Virus record (IMG/VR): IMGVR_UViG_3300045988_137032
Span: 160,001 to 224,000 of that record
Reading direction: 5' to 3' (one strand)
Source of the DNA: a virus
Length of the DNA stretch: 64,000 nt
Made by a program: the position numbers and the translations under genes
The notes under the pieces: model-generated
What the model was told of the DNA's origin: nothing
Databases searched by the model: none
What the model saw: the letters and a program-made list of their open reading frames with translations, nothing else
In this document: piece after piece, positions 36,865 through 45,704 of the stretch
Numbering within the stretch: the first letter of the stretch is position 1
How the letters are laid out: the number at the start of each line of letters is the position of its first letter

Positions 36865-37266
36865 TATATAAACCGCCCAACTATAAAATCACCATGTTAT
36901 ATAGTTGGCAGCGGAGTACAGATAGAATTTGAAAGCTTTGAGACTATAAAGTCTCTGCACGAAGATGCTCTTTTACGCTGTGTGCGGTCTATACATATGA
37001 TGTATATGACACATAACCAAGAGCGCCGCAAAAATGATGTCCACTATTTATCAAAGGAGGCATAAAACATGAAAGTGTCCCGTTTCATATCAAGAGGCTA
37101 TTCAACATGTATAACCAAAACTACTCTCTTATCAAAACATGTATAAGCTCAACAAATTCAATCTGACCTAAGAACATTCTTCATTAGACTCAAGCCGAGT
37201 TACTAACATGTTATCCCCCAAGAAACTATTCTATAGCATTTTACCCCAGAGAGGAATGATAGAATT

Positions 37267-39885
37267 ATGAAAATTACTTATTTGAAACTCACGAACTTCA
37301 TCAATATCGTGACCGCATTTAAGACGGAAACGATTGAGATTGATTTTAGCGAAGCAAAGAATGACGTAATTCTTCTCACAGGTCCAAATGGATCTGGTAA
37401 AACCAGTATTTTAAGTTGCTTACATCCATTTGCTACAAATGGCAATTTGGATGTTCGAGATAGTAATCCTCTGATCGTTGCCAAGAAAGATGGATATAAA
37501 GAAATCCATATTGAGAATGGCAACGATCTTTATATCATTCAGCACTTTTATACTCCAAAATCTCCTGAAGGATTTATCATCAAGAGCTATATTCAGAAGA
37601 ATGGGTTAGAGCTGAATGGAAATGGTAACGTCACATCGTTTAAAGAGATAATCCAAAAAGAACTTGGTATCGAAATGGATTATATGAAATTAACTCGACT
37701 CGGAAGTAATGTGACAAACTTCATTGATATGAAGAAAACAGATAGAAAGAATTTCACTGGTAAGATTATCAGTGAAGCAGATATCTATCTGACATATTAT
37801 AAGAAAATAATGGGCGATCGTCGTAAAGTACAAGTAGCCATGGCTCATACAACAGACATGATTACGAGATTGCATATTGACGATATTGATGCATTGAAAG
37901 AAGCTCAGAATTCTATTAAGAATCAGATACGAGATTACGACGATGCTATTACGAAAGCCCAGAAAGAATTAAGCGTGTATCAGTATCAACTCGATGAATG
38001 TGGAAACTTATTTGATCTCCGTTCTCAATTGACTGATAAAGAAAAAGAGCTGAAGCATATCAAGAAAGTACTTGCTAAAGTAAGTGATGAATCTATGGAT
38101 CTGGATAAGCTAAAAGCAAGTCTGGAAAAATGTAAGATTGAACTTATTAAAGCAAAATCAAATCTTGATAATATGAAGCTTTCTCGTACCAATTTAATCA
38201 ATCAATTGGATAGTGTCATCAGTGAGATTGATGATGTTGCAAGAGAGATTGATCGAATTGATAATGACCAAAATCTCAAAGACATGGAGCATATCATTGA
38301 ATCCTTGAGAGAGAAAATTCAAAAGCGTGCTCATGAATCTGGATTGGCTGGATATATTTCTCCATGTTCAAAAGCTCAATTGGAAGAATTCATTAATGCT
38401 ATGGATAGCGCAATGGATATTCTAATGACAACGTATGAACTTGGTAAAGGACCTATTGAGAAAGCTATTTCCTTTATTCATACGAATACGGATGCTGATG
38501 AATACGCAAGAAAGAATTCTGAGAAAGTTAAGAAGAATCGAATGCAAGCTCTTTGTGAGCAAGTATACGCAGAGATCTCGAAAGGTCTTGGTGTAATCAC
38601 TCCCGATTGCAAAGACTATACTGGATGTCCTGTATATAACTTCTATCAGATTCTTTATGACTATGCTTCTCAGAGTCCTGATAAAGTAGTTGAAGATGAA
38701 ACCTTTGTAGCTTATACAAAGATGGCTTCTGCTAATATTCGTAAGGTATTACGAATCATCAAGAACTACAGCGAGCTTTATGATGAAGGAAGCATCATGC
38801 CAGATGCCATCAAGAAGCATTTCACACAAGAAGCAATCTTATCTCGTATTGCAAACATGCAATGGATTTATGATAAGAATCTTTTGTATGGAGAACTCAG
38901 TATCATTACGGAATATGAACTCCAGCAAGCTGATTTGGAAGAACTCCGTAAGCAAAAAGAAATGTATCGGAAGTATAAAGAAGCAAATAGCAATAGTGAA
39001 TACTTCCATACAAAGATGTCTGAATTACAGGATAAGAAAACAGACATCTCGTATCAGCTTGGTACAGTAAGAGCTGATATTTCCTCTACAGAAGAAAAGA
39101 TTGATAATCTCACTGAGTATATCAGTGAGACGGAAGATATCATTTCTTCTATGGAAGAAAAAGATACTATTGAATCTGATTGGGAAGAATTATCCAATAA
39201 GGTAGTATTAGCATCCGATCTTTCTAGTAAAGTAAAGACTATGAATGATAGAATTGCTACCATTCAGTATTCTCGTACTAAGCTTGATAAAGATTATCAA
39301 AATAACGAATATAGGATTAAGTCCTATAAGGAATTGACTAAGGAGCTTAAGAAGCAAAATGAGTCCTTTATGGATCTCGATTACCTTAGTAAAGCATTAT
39401 CCAGCAAAGAAGGAATTCCACTTATTTTCATCCAAGCCTATTTGAAAGATATTAAAGATATCGCTAATAATCTTTTAGATGTTGTGTATAATGGAGATCT
39501 CAGGCTTGCTGAATTTGAAATCAGTGCAGATGAATTTGGTATTCCGTATATTACAAAAGGAGCTAAAGTAAAAGATGTTGTATATGCTAGTCAAGGTGAA
39601 CGTAGTTTCATTTCTCTTGCATTATCTTTTGCTTTGACATGTAGAAGTCTTTCCAGTTACAATATCATGCTATTGGATGAGATTGATTCTACACTGGATA
39701 CATCGAATCGTGAGAAGTTCTTACGTGTACTTGAAATGCAGATTGAAATGATTCATGCAGAGCAGGTATTCGTAATCTCTCACAACGACATGTTTAATGC
39801 ATATCCTGTGGATATCGTAGATACCAAAGGTCAAAAGAATAAGAATGCCGAACTTGCTTCTTATATCAAGATTATAAAATCGTGA
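37267..39885 (+). CDS. SbcC/Rad50-like SMC-family ATPase
   Basis: Walker A LLTGPNGSGKTSIL. Charged coiled-coil-like middle of roughly 600 aa. ABC signature SQGERSFISLALSFAL, Walker B MLLDEIDSTLD, H-loop FVISHN. Confidence 0.8.
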   Translation: MKITYLKLTNFINIVTAFKTETIEIDFSEAKNDVILLTGPNGSGKTSILSCLHPFATNGNLDVRDSNPLIVAKKDGYKEIHIENGNDLYIIQHFYTPKSPEGFIIKSYIQKNGLELNGNGNVTSFKEIIQKELGIEMDYMKLTRLGSNVTNFIDMKKTDRKNFTGKIISEADIYLTYYKKIMGDRRKVQVAMAHTTDMITRLHIDDIDALKEAQNSIKNQIRDYDDAITKAQKELSVYQYQLDECGNLFDLRSQLTDKEKELKHIKKVLAKVSDESMDLDKLKASLEKCKIELIKAKSNLDNMKLSRTNLINQLDSVISEIDDVAREIDRIDNDQNLKDMEHIIESLREKIQKRAHESGLAGYISPCSKAQLEEFINAMDSAMDILMTTYELGKGPIEKAISFIHTNTDADEYARKNSEKVKKNRMQALCEQVYAEISKGLGVITPDCKDYTGCPVYNFYQILYDYASQSPDKVVEDETFVAYTKMASANIRKVLRIIKNYSELYDEGSIMPDAIKKHFTQEAILSRIANMQWIYDKNLLYGELSIITEYELQQADLEELRKQKEMYRKYKEANSNSEYFHTKMSELQDKKTDISYQLGTVRADISSTEEKIDNLTEYISETEDIISSMEEKDTIESDWEELSNKVVLASDLSSKVKTMNDRIATIQYSRTKLDKDYQNNEYRIKSYKELTKELKKQNESFMDLDYLSKALSSKEGIPLIFIQAYLKDIKDIANNLLDVVYNGDLRLAEFEISADEFGIPYITKGAKVKDVVYASQGERSFISLALSFALTCRSLSSYNIMLLDEIDSTLDTSNREKFLRVLEMQIEMIHAEQVFVISHNDMFNAYPVDIVDTKGQKNKNAELASYIKIIKS

Positions 39886-39889
39886 TAAT

Positions 39890-39929
39890 AACCACTCTAG
39901 TATATTTTGAATATACTAGAGTGGTTTTA
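39890..39929 (+). terminator. terminator after the SbcC-like gene
   Basis: 16-bp stem AACCACTCTAGTATAT / ATATACTAGAGTGGTT followed by TTAT. Confidence 0.75.
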
Positions 39930-40074
39930 TAGATTCATGGTACTCACATCTATTTTCCTTCCTTTTCAAAGAAAAGAATTTTAATGAAGTAATAAGCATA
40001 TGCAATAACGTATACAACGTCTTCAATGAATTTTATTAAAAAATCCAATTGTATCATCTCCTTTCATAATTAAT

Positions 40075-40126
40075 GGTTAACGAAGACTAGCAGGAAACGG
40101 ACATATCCCACCAGTCTTCGTTAACC
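40075..40126. repeat. 14-bp perfect inverted repeat with 24-nt spacer
   Basis: GGTTAACGAAGACT (40075-40088) and AGTCTTCGTTAACC (40113-40126). Confidence 0.7.
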
Positions 40127-40303
40127 GTAGTCGATATTGAGAATATCTATACATGAAAAAATCGAGTGTGTATAAACTGTCATAAAATACTCTAGGAGGA
40201 AAATTTGATGACTTCTTATGGGAACAGAAAGAATGCAGGTTGATTTTTGAAAAACAAAGAATACTTCTATCACACTCGATTACCATAACGTAGGTATGAA
40301 TAT

Positions 40304-40348
40304 AAAAAAAGAAGGAAGGCTGATATATTTAAATCAGCCTTCCTTCTT
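40304..40348. terminator. bidirectional terminator
   Basis: A7 run, stem AAGAAGGAAGGCTGAT / ATCAGCCTTCCTTCTT. Confidence 0.75.
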
Positions 40349-40407
40349 ATAGTTAATTAGTAGACATTGGGCTCAACTGCTTCCTGCATATCGTTGACTT
40401 TATCCGA

Positions 40408-40866
40408 TTACTTAGACTTTTCATAAGCTTTCTCGGAACGATTAATCTCTTCATAATGTCTTCCATAGAGAGCCTGAGAAGTAGAATCAAATGAAGACTT
40501 GTCATCATCTTCACAAGATTCAATTTCATCCTCAGACGGAAGTTCGTCGTAAAAGAACCGAGTACCTACAAGATCCTGAATCTTCTTGATACAACCAGCA
40601 TGGATCATATCAATCTCCATATCAGTATAGAAGATCTCAAGAACTCTCCTAACACCTTCAAGCTCACCATTGGCCATGAAGAACTGGTTGATGTACCGAC
40701 GAAGGAGAACATCGTCACTTGCCTTCAAAGAACCATGAGCGGCATCGTCATAAGAGAGGTTATTCTCATCACAGTAATCCTTCAATGTAGAACTTGCATG
40801 TTGCATATCATCACAGGCATCACTATAGATGCGAAGCAGATTATCACGAATATTGCTTTCTTTCAT
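40408..40866 (-). CDS. acidic hypothetical protein (paralogue pair, member 1)
   Basis: AAGGAGGG RBS. RRYINQFFMANGELEGVRRVLEIFYTDMEI parallels RNHYIKLSGQKEGLKELLRKYYTKYEI in the neighbouring gene. C-terminal part is acidic. Confidence 0.6.
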   Translation of the reverse strand: MKESNIRDNLLRIYSDACDDMQHASSTLKDYCDENNLSYDDAAHGSLKASDDVLLRRYINQFFMANGELEGVRRVLEIFYTDMEIDMIHAGCIKKIQDLVGTRFFYDELPSEDEIESCEDDDKSSFDSTSQALYGRHYEEINRSEKAYEKSK

Positions 40867-40893
40867 AATATCCCTCCTTAATTAGATGACGCC

Positions 40894-41322
40894 TCACTTA
40901 ACTGCATCATTCATGTCATCAACCTGCTCACTACGTACAGACTCATCTGTACTATCTTCTTCGGACGCTTCATCGCACTGATCATTACCATCGCAGTCTT
41001 CATCAAGATCATCGTAAGTCTGTGCCTCATAGAATTCTCTCATCTCACAATTCAACTTATGACGATATGCTGCTGCATCTGTAAACAAGCCGATCTCATA
41101 CTTAGTATAGTATTTCCGGAGGAGCTCTTTCAATCCTTCTTTCTGTCCACTAAGTTTAATGTAGTGGTTTCTCATAGTCTCAAGCTCAATGCTTTGCCTA
41201 ATGTCCTGATCATTGAGACCCTGTTCATACTCGCGATATTCTTCATAAGCAACATCGTAGGCAATAACTGCAGCGATATACTTCTCAATGATGTCGGTCT
41301 TCAACTTATTTTTCTTTTTCAT
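40894..41322 (-). CDS. acidic hypothetical protein (paralogue pair, member 2)
   Basis: TAGGAGGT RBS. C-terminus DDLDEDCDGNDQCDEASEEDSTDES is Asp/Glu-rich. Confidence 0.6.
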   Translation of the reverse strand: MKKKNKLKTDIIEKYIAAVIAYDVAYEEYREYEQGLNDQDIRQSIELETMRNHYIKLSGQKEGLKELLRKYYTKYEIGLFTDAAAYRHKLNCEMREFYEAQTYDDLDEDCDGNDQCDEASEEDSTDESVRSEQVDDMNDAVK

Positions 41323-41378
41323 AATTATACCTCCTAAAATTAAAAAGGGGAAGACTTAGTATTAAGTCTTCCCCAATC

Positions 41379-41945
41379 TTACAAACCATAACGGTCTTTC
41401 AGACGCTGATGCTGTCTTGCTACTTTGATAGCAAGCACCTTCTCAACATCCTTTGATTTTACACCATATCCCTGCATCAGCATATGAGATGCATTATTCA
41501 TATTATTGATACAAGGAATAATCTTGTGCTTGATGTAATCTTCCATGTCTTCGATCTCATCCTTCTTACGAAGATACTTCGTGATGATCTGATGAGATTC
41601 ACAAAGAAGTTTCATAGCTTTCATAGAAGCTCTCTTCTTCTTGCAATTGGTATCAAGCTTACCAATATCCTTATTCTTCACATGGAAGATTTCCTGAACG
41701 ATCAGGACGCAGAGTTTCACATCAGCGATTTCTTCTGCGGTATGCACATAGCTGCCATCTCCATCAATATTATCGGCAATAACCTCGATGAGTTCACACA
41801 TCTCCTCCAGACAAACGACAAGATAGGTTTCTTCGCCGATCATATCAAGGGTTTTACGAATAGCATCCAATGCATATTTCTTTGTAAAAGCGGGAACGCG
41901 TTTGTCTTTCATTCCCGCTTTAATAGCTGCTTCATTCATTGGCAT
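41379..41945 (-). CDS. mazG: MazG-like nucleotide pyrophosphohydrolase
   Basis: ATG 41945 follows GAGAGGTGT. CLEEMCELIEVI and TAEEIADVKLCVLIV match the paired EExxE / EExxD helices of all-alpha MazG proteins. The longer track ORF overlaps the upstream gene and is rejected. Confidence 0.55.
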   Translation of the reverse strand: MPMNEAAIKAGMKDKRVPAFTKKYALDAIRKTLDMIGEETYLVVCLEEMCELIEVIADNIDGDGSYVHTAEEIADVKLCVLIVQEIFHVKNKDIGKLDTNCKKKRASMKAMKLLCESHQIITKYLRKKDEIEDMEDYIKHKIIPCINNMNNASHMLMQGYGVKSKDVEKVLAIKVARQHQRLKDRYGL

Positions 41946-41952
41946 ACACCTC

Positions 41953-42717
41953 TCATTCAAAGTTAGGGATTGACTTCTGTACTTGAGCCGGAGTACTATG
42001 GGCTTCCGGTTCTTTTGGCTTTTCTTCTTCATAAAGTGCTTTCTTCGTTGGGAAAGTTGGACTAACGAGTATAGTCGGTGGATCTTCTGTATCCGTATCA
42101 TCCTTTGTGGATTTTTCATAAAGCAATAGTAATTCCATTGCCATACTATCCATATTGATACCAACTAGCATATCATAGAATCCAATGAGTTCATCCAAAG
42201 TCAATGTGCAATAGTTGTCAGGAGTATTAATCATGAAGAATGCACCTTCGCATGCAGTATTCGGATTCTCAGGATCTTTATAAACAACAGTTGGTGCCAA
42301 TCGGATTGTGGATCCATTCGATAGCCGTATCTCTTGGAGATATTTTAAGGCTTCTTGTTTTTCGGTCTTAAGTTTATCACTGGAATCATAATAGAAGAGA
42401 CTTTCCGATTCTGTATAGCATGCGATTAATTTCTTAATCTTACCCGTAAGGATATGCTTATACATCCGATTCACATTCACACGTAAATTCGGATTTCTGG
42501 AATCCTCATTCTTATCTTTTGTACCAGAGATATCGATCGTAATAAATGGATGTGGAGCTACCCGAAAGTACTCCACGCCCATAAATTTACTACGATCAAC
42601 GACTTTGATCTTATTCCCTTTCTTAAGGGCAAAATCTTTTTCGTCCTCAACCATGACCGAAAGCCTTATCTTCATGGTAGGTGTAACCTTACCATATTCA
42701 TAGCTTAAGGTAAGCAC
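41953..42717 (-). CDS. hypothetical protein
   Basis: GTG start 6 nt after GAAGGAG. 254 aa with no motif recognised. Confidence 0.6.
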   Translation of the reverse strand: MLTLSYEYGKVTPTMKIRLSVMVEDEKDFALKKGNKIKVVDRSKFMGVEYFRVAPHPFITIDISGTKDKNEDSRNPNLRVNVNRMYKHILTGKIKKLIACYTESESLFYYDSSDKLKTEKQEALKYLQEIRLSNGSTIRLAPTVVYKDPENPNTACEGAFFMINTPDNYCTLTLDELIGFYDMLVGINMDSMAMELLLLYEKSTKDDTDTEDPPTILVSPTFPTKKALYEEEKPKEPEAHSTPAQVQKSIPNFE

Positions 42718-42720
42718 GTA

Positions 42721-42948
42721 TTACTCCTTCGGTGCAATCATGACATTCATATCGATATCAGTATCCGTGGAATATCTGCTATGGATCGTATCACGAGCGA
42801 GCTCGTCGATCTCATTGCGTACCACGTTATCGTAATCCTTCATGACGATATTGTACCGGGTTTCCAGCTTCTTGGGAATGGAATCTCCAAGAGCCTCACG
42901 AAGACTTACCAAGAGATCATAGATCTCAGATTTCTTTGCGTTGATCAT
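42721..42948 (-). CDS. hypothetical small protein (75 aa)
   Basis: ATG 42948 follows AAGGAGGATAGT. The longer track start overlaps the beta-N gene. Confidence 0.5.
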   Translation of the reverse strand: MINAKKSEIYDLLVSLREALGDSIPKKLETRYNIVMKDYDNVVRNEIDELARDTIHSRYSTDTDIDMNVMIAPKE

Positions 42949-42958
42949 ACTATCCTCC

Positions 42959-44725
42959 TTAGGAATTTGAGTCAGTAGATTCGGAATCTTTTGCTTCCTT
43001 ATTCTCATTGTCATTTCCCTGAGTCATATCCTCAGTATTCTCGACAACGATCTCATACTTCTCACGAGAAGTACCATTGACTGTGAACGAACCACGGTTA
43101 AACTCAGAGAGCTTATTCAGCAACGCATAGTATTCTTCCTTCGTATCGCAATTGATCTTGATGTATTCATAATGCTCTTCAGCCATGACATGCTCAAGAT
43201 CTTTTGCATATTCGAATCGGAATGCATCGGTCTCATTGGATTCATCAAAATAGAATCCTTTGATCTTACCGAACGGAGTCAGGACACCAGAAGTACCAGG
43301 GTCAGAGTTACCGCAAACAAGTAAGTCGATATTACCGAGGAAGCTCGGATGAGAACCACGATAACGAATCGAGATGTTGTTGGAATTCTTTCCACCCATA
43401 GAGTGGGGTCCCTTGATTGTATACTTGAACTTGCTGAAGAAGTCCATGTCGTTCATGTTATCGTTAAACCGGAGAATACCAGAAGAATGCATCTTCTGAA
43501 TCAGAATCTCACCAGTGAAACGGAACATGTTCGTGAAGTTATCCATGGTTGCTTTATTGCCAAGGGTAATCACAGAGTTAAGTCTGGAGGAGAAGTCCAA
43601 AGTCAGAAGAGATGCGATGTATTCATTACAACGCAGTCTCTTATTATCCAGACTCATATTATCCTTCAAACGAAGAGTACCAAAGTTCTGCATCATCCAA
43701 CGAAGGACTGCATAGATATCATTCTTCTCGTAATCATCCAGTTTCAGAATCTTACGAGTGGTAACATCTATCAGTCGATTGAAGAAGACCAGAATGTCTT
43801 CCCCCTTCTCAACCGTGTTGTTATTGGAAAGGGACTTGATCCAAACCGTCTTGTCATGGAAATCCTTAATCGTGGTACGAGAATTACTGACGGTAAGAAG
43901 ACCGCCAATAATAGACTGGATATAAGGATACTTCATGAACAACTCACGGTTGACTTCAACGAAGCAATGACTGGAAATTTGGAAATAGATATTCCGAGTT
44001 TCATCAGCATCAGAAAGATCCTTCTTCAGAGAAACGATATTATCTACTTCCAGATAGCTCATTGCCCATTCCCAACCATTTGCCAGATAGAACAGCATGA
44101 TGGGAATTTCTTTACGGAACACAAAGACATTATAGACGGGGATATTGTACTCAACACCAGCAATATCCTTGCCACCAGTCTCACTGCGTACCATCTCATC
44201 AGCCTTGATACCATTTCGCTTCACGCAGATAGGCATCAAAGACTTCAGAGTAACTGCATTATTCGAAGTATAGGTAGACTTATCAACCAGCTGATAGATC
44301 ATGTAATACTTCTTGCCACGGATATAGAAGAAGCCATCATCATCCTGAATCGGAATCAGCATCTGCTTGATGATTCGCTTCCTATGGATTTTCGGTTCAT
44401 CCGGATTCTTTGTATCCGTTTCTTTCACAGTAACCTCAATGGTAACTGTGAGACAACCACAACGGTCGTCATTGATGAACTTATAATCGAATCGATCCTT
44501 CTTACGCTTCTTCTTTTCACGCTTGAAGATGTGGTTATTGATATCGATCGTGGCTTCGTTATCATTCCACTTAAATCCGATGATTTGAATATTCTTAACG
44601 ATTTCGAGGCTACGCCAGACATCCTTGATGTACTCAACGAGAGGAAGATCAGCTTCCTTATTCATCAGAGGCACATTCAATTCTTTCTCAAATTCTGACG
44701 TATACTCACCGATATACTTGAGCAT
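42959..44725 (-). CDS. multisubunit RNA polymerase beta-subunit N-terminal fragment
   Basis: ATG 44725 follows AAGGAGGACGAAAGT. DDDGFFYIRGKKYYMIYQLV corresponds to bacterial beta FIINGtERViVsQL. IRYRGSHPSFLGNIDLLVCGNSDPGTSGVLTPF corresponds to RDvHpSHYGRiCPiETPEGpNiGLi. Confidence 0.7.
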   Translation of the reverse strand: MLKYIGEYTSEFEKELNVPLMNKEADLPLVEYIKDVWRSLEIVKNIQIIGFKWNDNEATIDINNHIFKREKKKRKKDRFDYKFINDDRCGCLTVTIEVTVKETDTKNPDEPKIHRKRIIKQMLIPIQDDDGFFYIRGKKYYMIYQLVDKSTYTSNNAVTLKSLMPICVKRNGIKADEMVRSETGGKDIAGVEYNIPVYNVFVFRKEIPIMLFYLANGWEWAMSYLEVDNIVSLKKDLSDADETRNIYFQISSHCFVEVNRELFMKYPYIQSIIGGLLTVSNSRTTIKDFHDKTVWIKSLSNNNTVEKGEDILVFFNRLIDVTTRKILKLDDYEKNDIYAVLRWMMQNFGTLRLKDNMSLDNKRLRCNEYIASLLTLDFSSRLNSVITLGNKATMDNFTNMFRFTGEILIQKMHSSGILRFNDNMNDMDFFSKFKYTIKGPHSMGGKNSNNISIRYRGSHPSFLGNIDLLVCGNSDPGTSGVLTPFGKIKGFYFDESNETDAFRFEYAKDLEHVMAEEHYEYIKINCDTKEEYYALLNKLSEFNRGSFTVNGTSREKYEIVVENTEDMTQGNDNENKEAKDSESTDSNS

Positions 44726-44824
44726 ACTTTCGTCCTCCTTGAAAAAATAATGGGCCCACATGATTCTTTATAGATTCTTCATGTGAGCCCATCGTATTAC
44801 CGTTATGGGATACTCAGGTTAAAA

Positions 44825-45538
44825 TTAACCCTCGTTGGAACCAGTTGCCAGCTTATCGTTCTTGAACTTCAGCTTCAGACTGATGCTGGGGAGATAATAA
44901 ATCTCCTCATCACCATCCTCAGTGAGCTCAGCACCAACCGTATAAAGGCCAGCGACATTCAGAGAATAGTCGCTGCTGTTGCCATCACGACGCTTCAGAC
45001 GAACATGCTCCAGAATTGCATTGTGGACAATGCAGAACAGCGGAATGATGAACTCATGAGACTCCAGCTTGATATTGATCATTTCACCAAGCTTCGCCTT
45101 CGCCTTGCCAGAGATCTCTTTGATCACTTCATGGCTCTCAGTAATATTCTTGGAGTTCCACTGAGTTGCCAGATTGATGGTGGACTGATCACTGTCGTCA
45201 TCATCGATGGAGCTATCGCTCTGAGTGGACTTGCAATGCTTCATGTACACCATGAAGTTACCGACCTTCTCATCATCCTCGCTGTTGGTGGTATTGTAAC
45301 CGATAATCAGACGATTTGCGAGATTCAGTTCATAAGAATCCCACTTATCCTCACGCTCTGCAACCACATCCGTGATTGCATCAAAGATTGTACCATAGAT
45401 GGCCATCACAACCTTCGGGTTGTTGATGCCCAGACGGAGAGACCGCTTAATCTGATCGATTGCTTCGGAACCGATATCCTCGATCTCCTTAACATCATCG
45501 ACCACATTGTTTACAAACCATTCTTCACACTTAGTCAT
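44825..45538 (-). CDS. hypothetical protein (abundant-type codon usage)
   Basis: AAAGGAGAC RBS. 237 aa. G/C-ending codons. Confidence 0.65.
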   Translation of the reverse strand: MTKCEEWFVNNVVDDVKEIEDIGSEAIDQIKRSLRLGINNPKVVMAIYGTIFDAITDVVAEREDKWDSYELNLANRLIIGYNTTNSEDDEKVGNFMVYMKHCKSTQSDSSIDDDDSDQSTINLATQWNSKNITESHEVIKEISGKAKAKLGEMINIKLESHEFIIPLFCIVHNAILEHVRLKRRDGNSSDYSLNVAGLYTVGAELTEDGDEEIYYLPSISLKLKFKNDKLATGSNEG

Positions 45539-45592
45539 TTTCGTTGTCTCCTTTGTGTTTTCTATAGGGTTTATAGTCGTCCTTTATGACAA

Positions 45593-45656
45593 GAACGAGC
45601 TTACTACAAAGTGTACTCTGAAATAAATTTCAAATTCACTTGTAGTAAGCTCGTTC
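45593..45656 (-). promoter_or_regulatory. long (about 20 bp, one bulge) hairpin between 45705-46118 and 44825-45538
   Basis: GAACGAGCTTACTACAAAGTG pairs with CACTTGTAGTAAGCTCGTTC. Confidence 0.55.
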
Positions 45657-45669
45657 ATTATCACCTATA

Positions 45670-45679
45670 TATAATATAT
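45670..45679 (+). promoter_or_regulatory. core-only copy (TATAATATAT)
   Basis: Upstream of 44825-45538(-), separated from it by the long hairpin 45593-45656. Confidence 0.4.
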
Positions 45680-45704
45680 AAGCGAACTGTCTTTTTGATT
45701 GAAA

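Noticed and set aside
22944-36887. 13-nt identical string GCCCAACTATAAA at 22944 and 36875, each within a small hairpin
   Set aside because: On the order of a hundred chance 13-mer repeats are expected in a 64-kb two-strand comparison. There are only two copies and no consistent gene context.
41946-42164. N-terminal extension of the MazG-like ORF (track start 42164)
   Set aside because: The extension overlaps the 3' end of 41953-42717 in another frame. A good RBS precedes the internal ATG at 41945.
41953-42717. C-terminal ...KSIPNFE, which resembles the acidic IPF tip of bacterial SSB proteins
   Set aside because: Only a 3-4 residue resemblance. No OB-fold motif is recognisable by eye and the tail is not strongly acidic. 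Too weak to call.
43349-44698. 449-aa plus-strand ORF
   Set aside because: It is antisense to the beta N-terminal gene, which carries recognisable RNAP motifs. It has no RBS.
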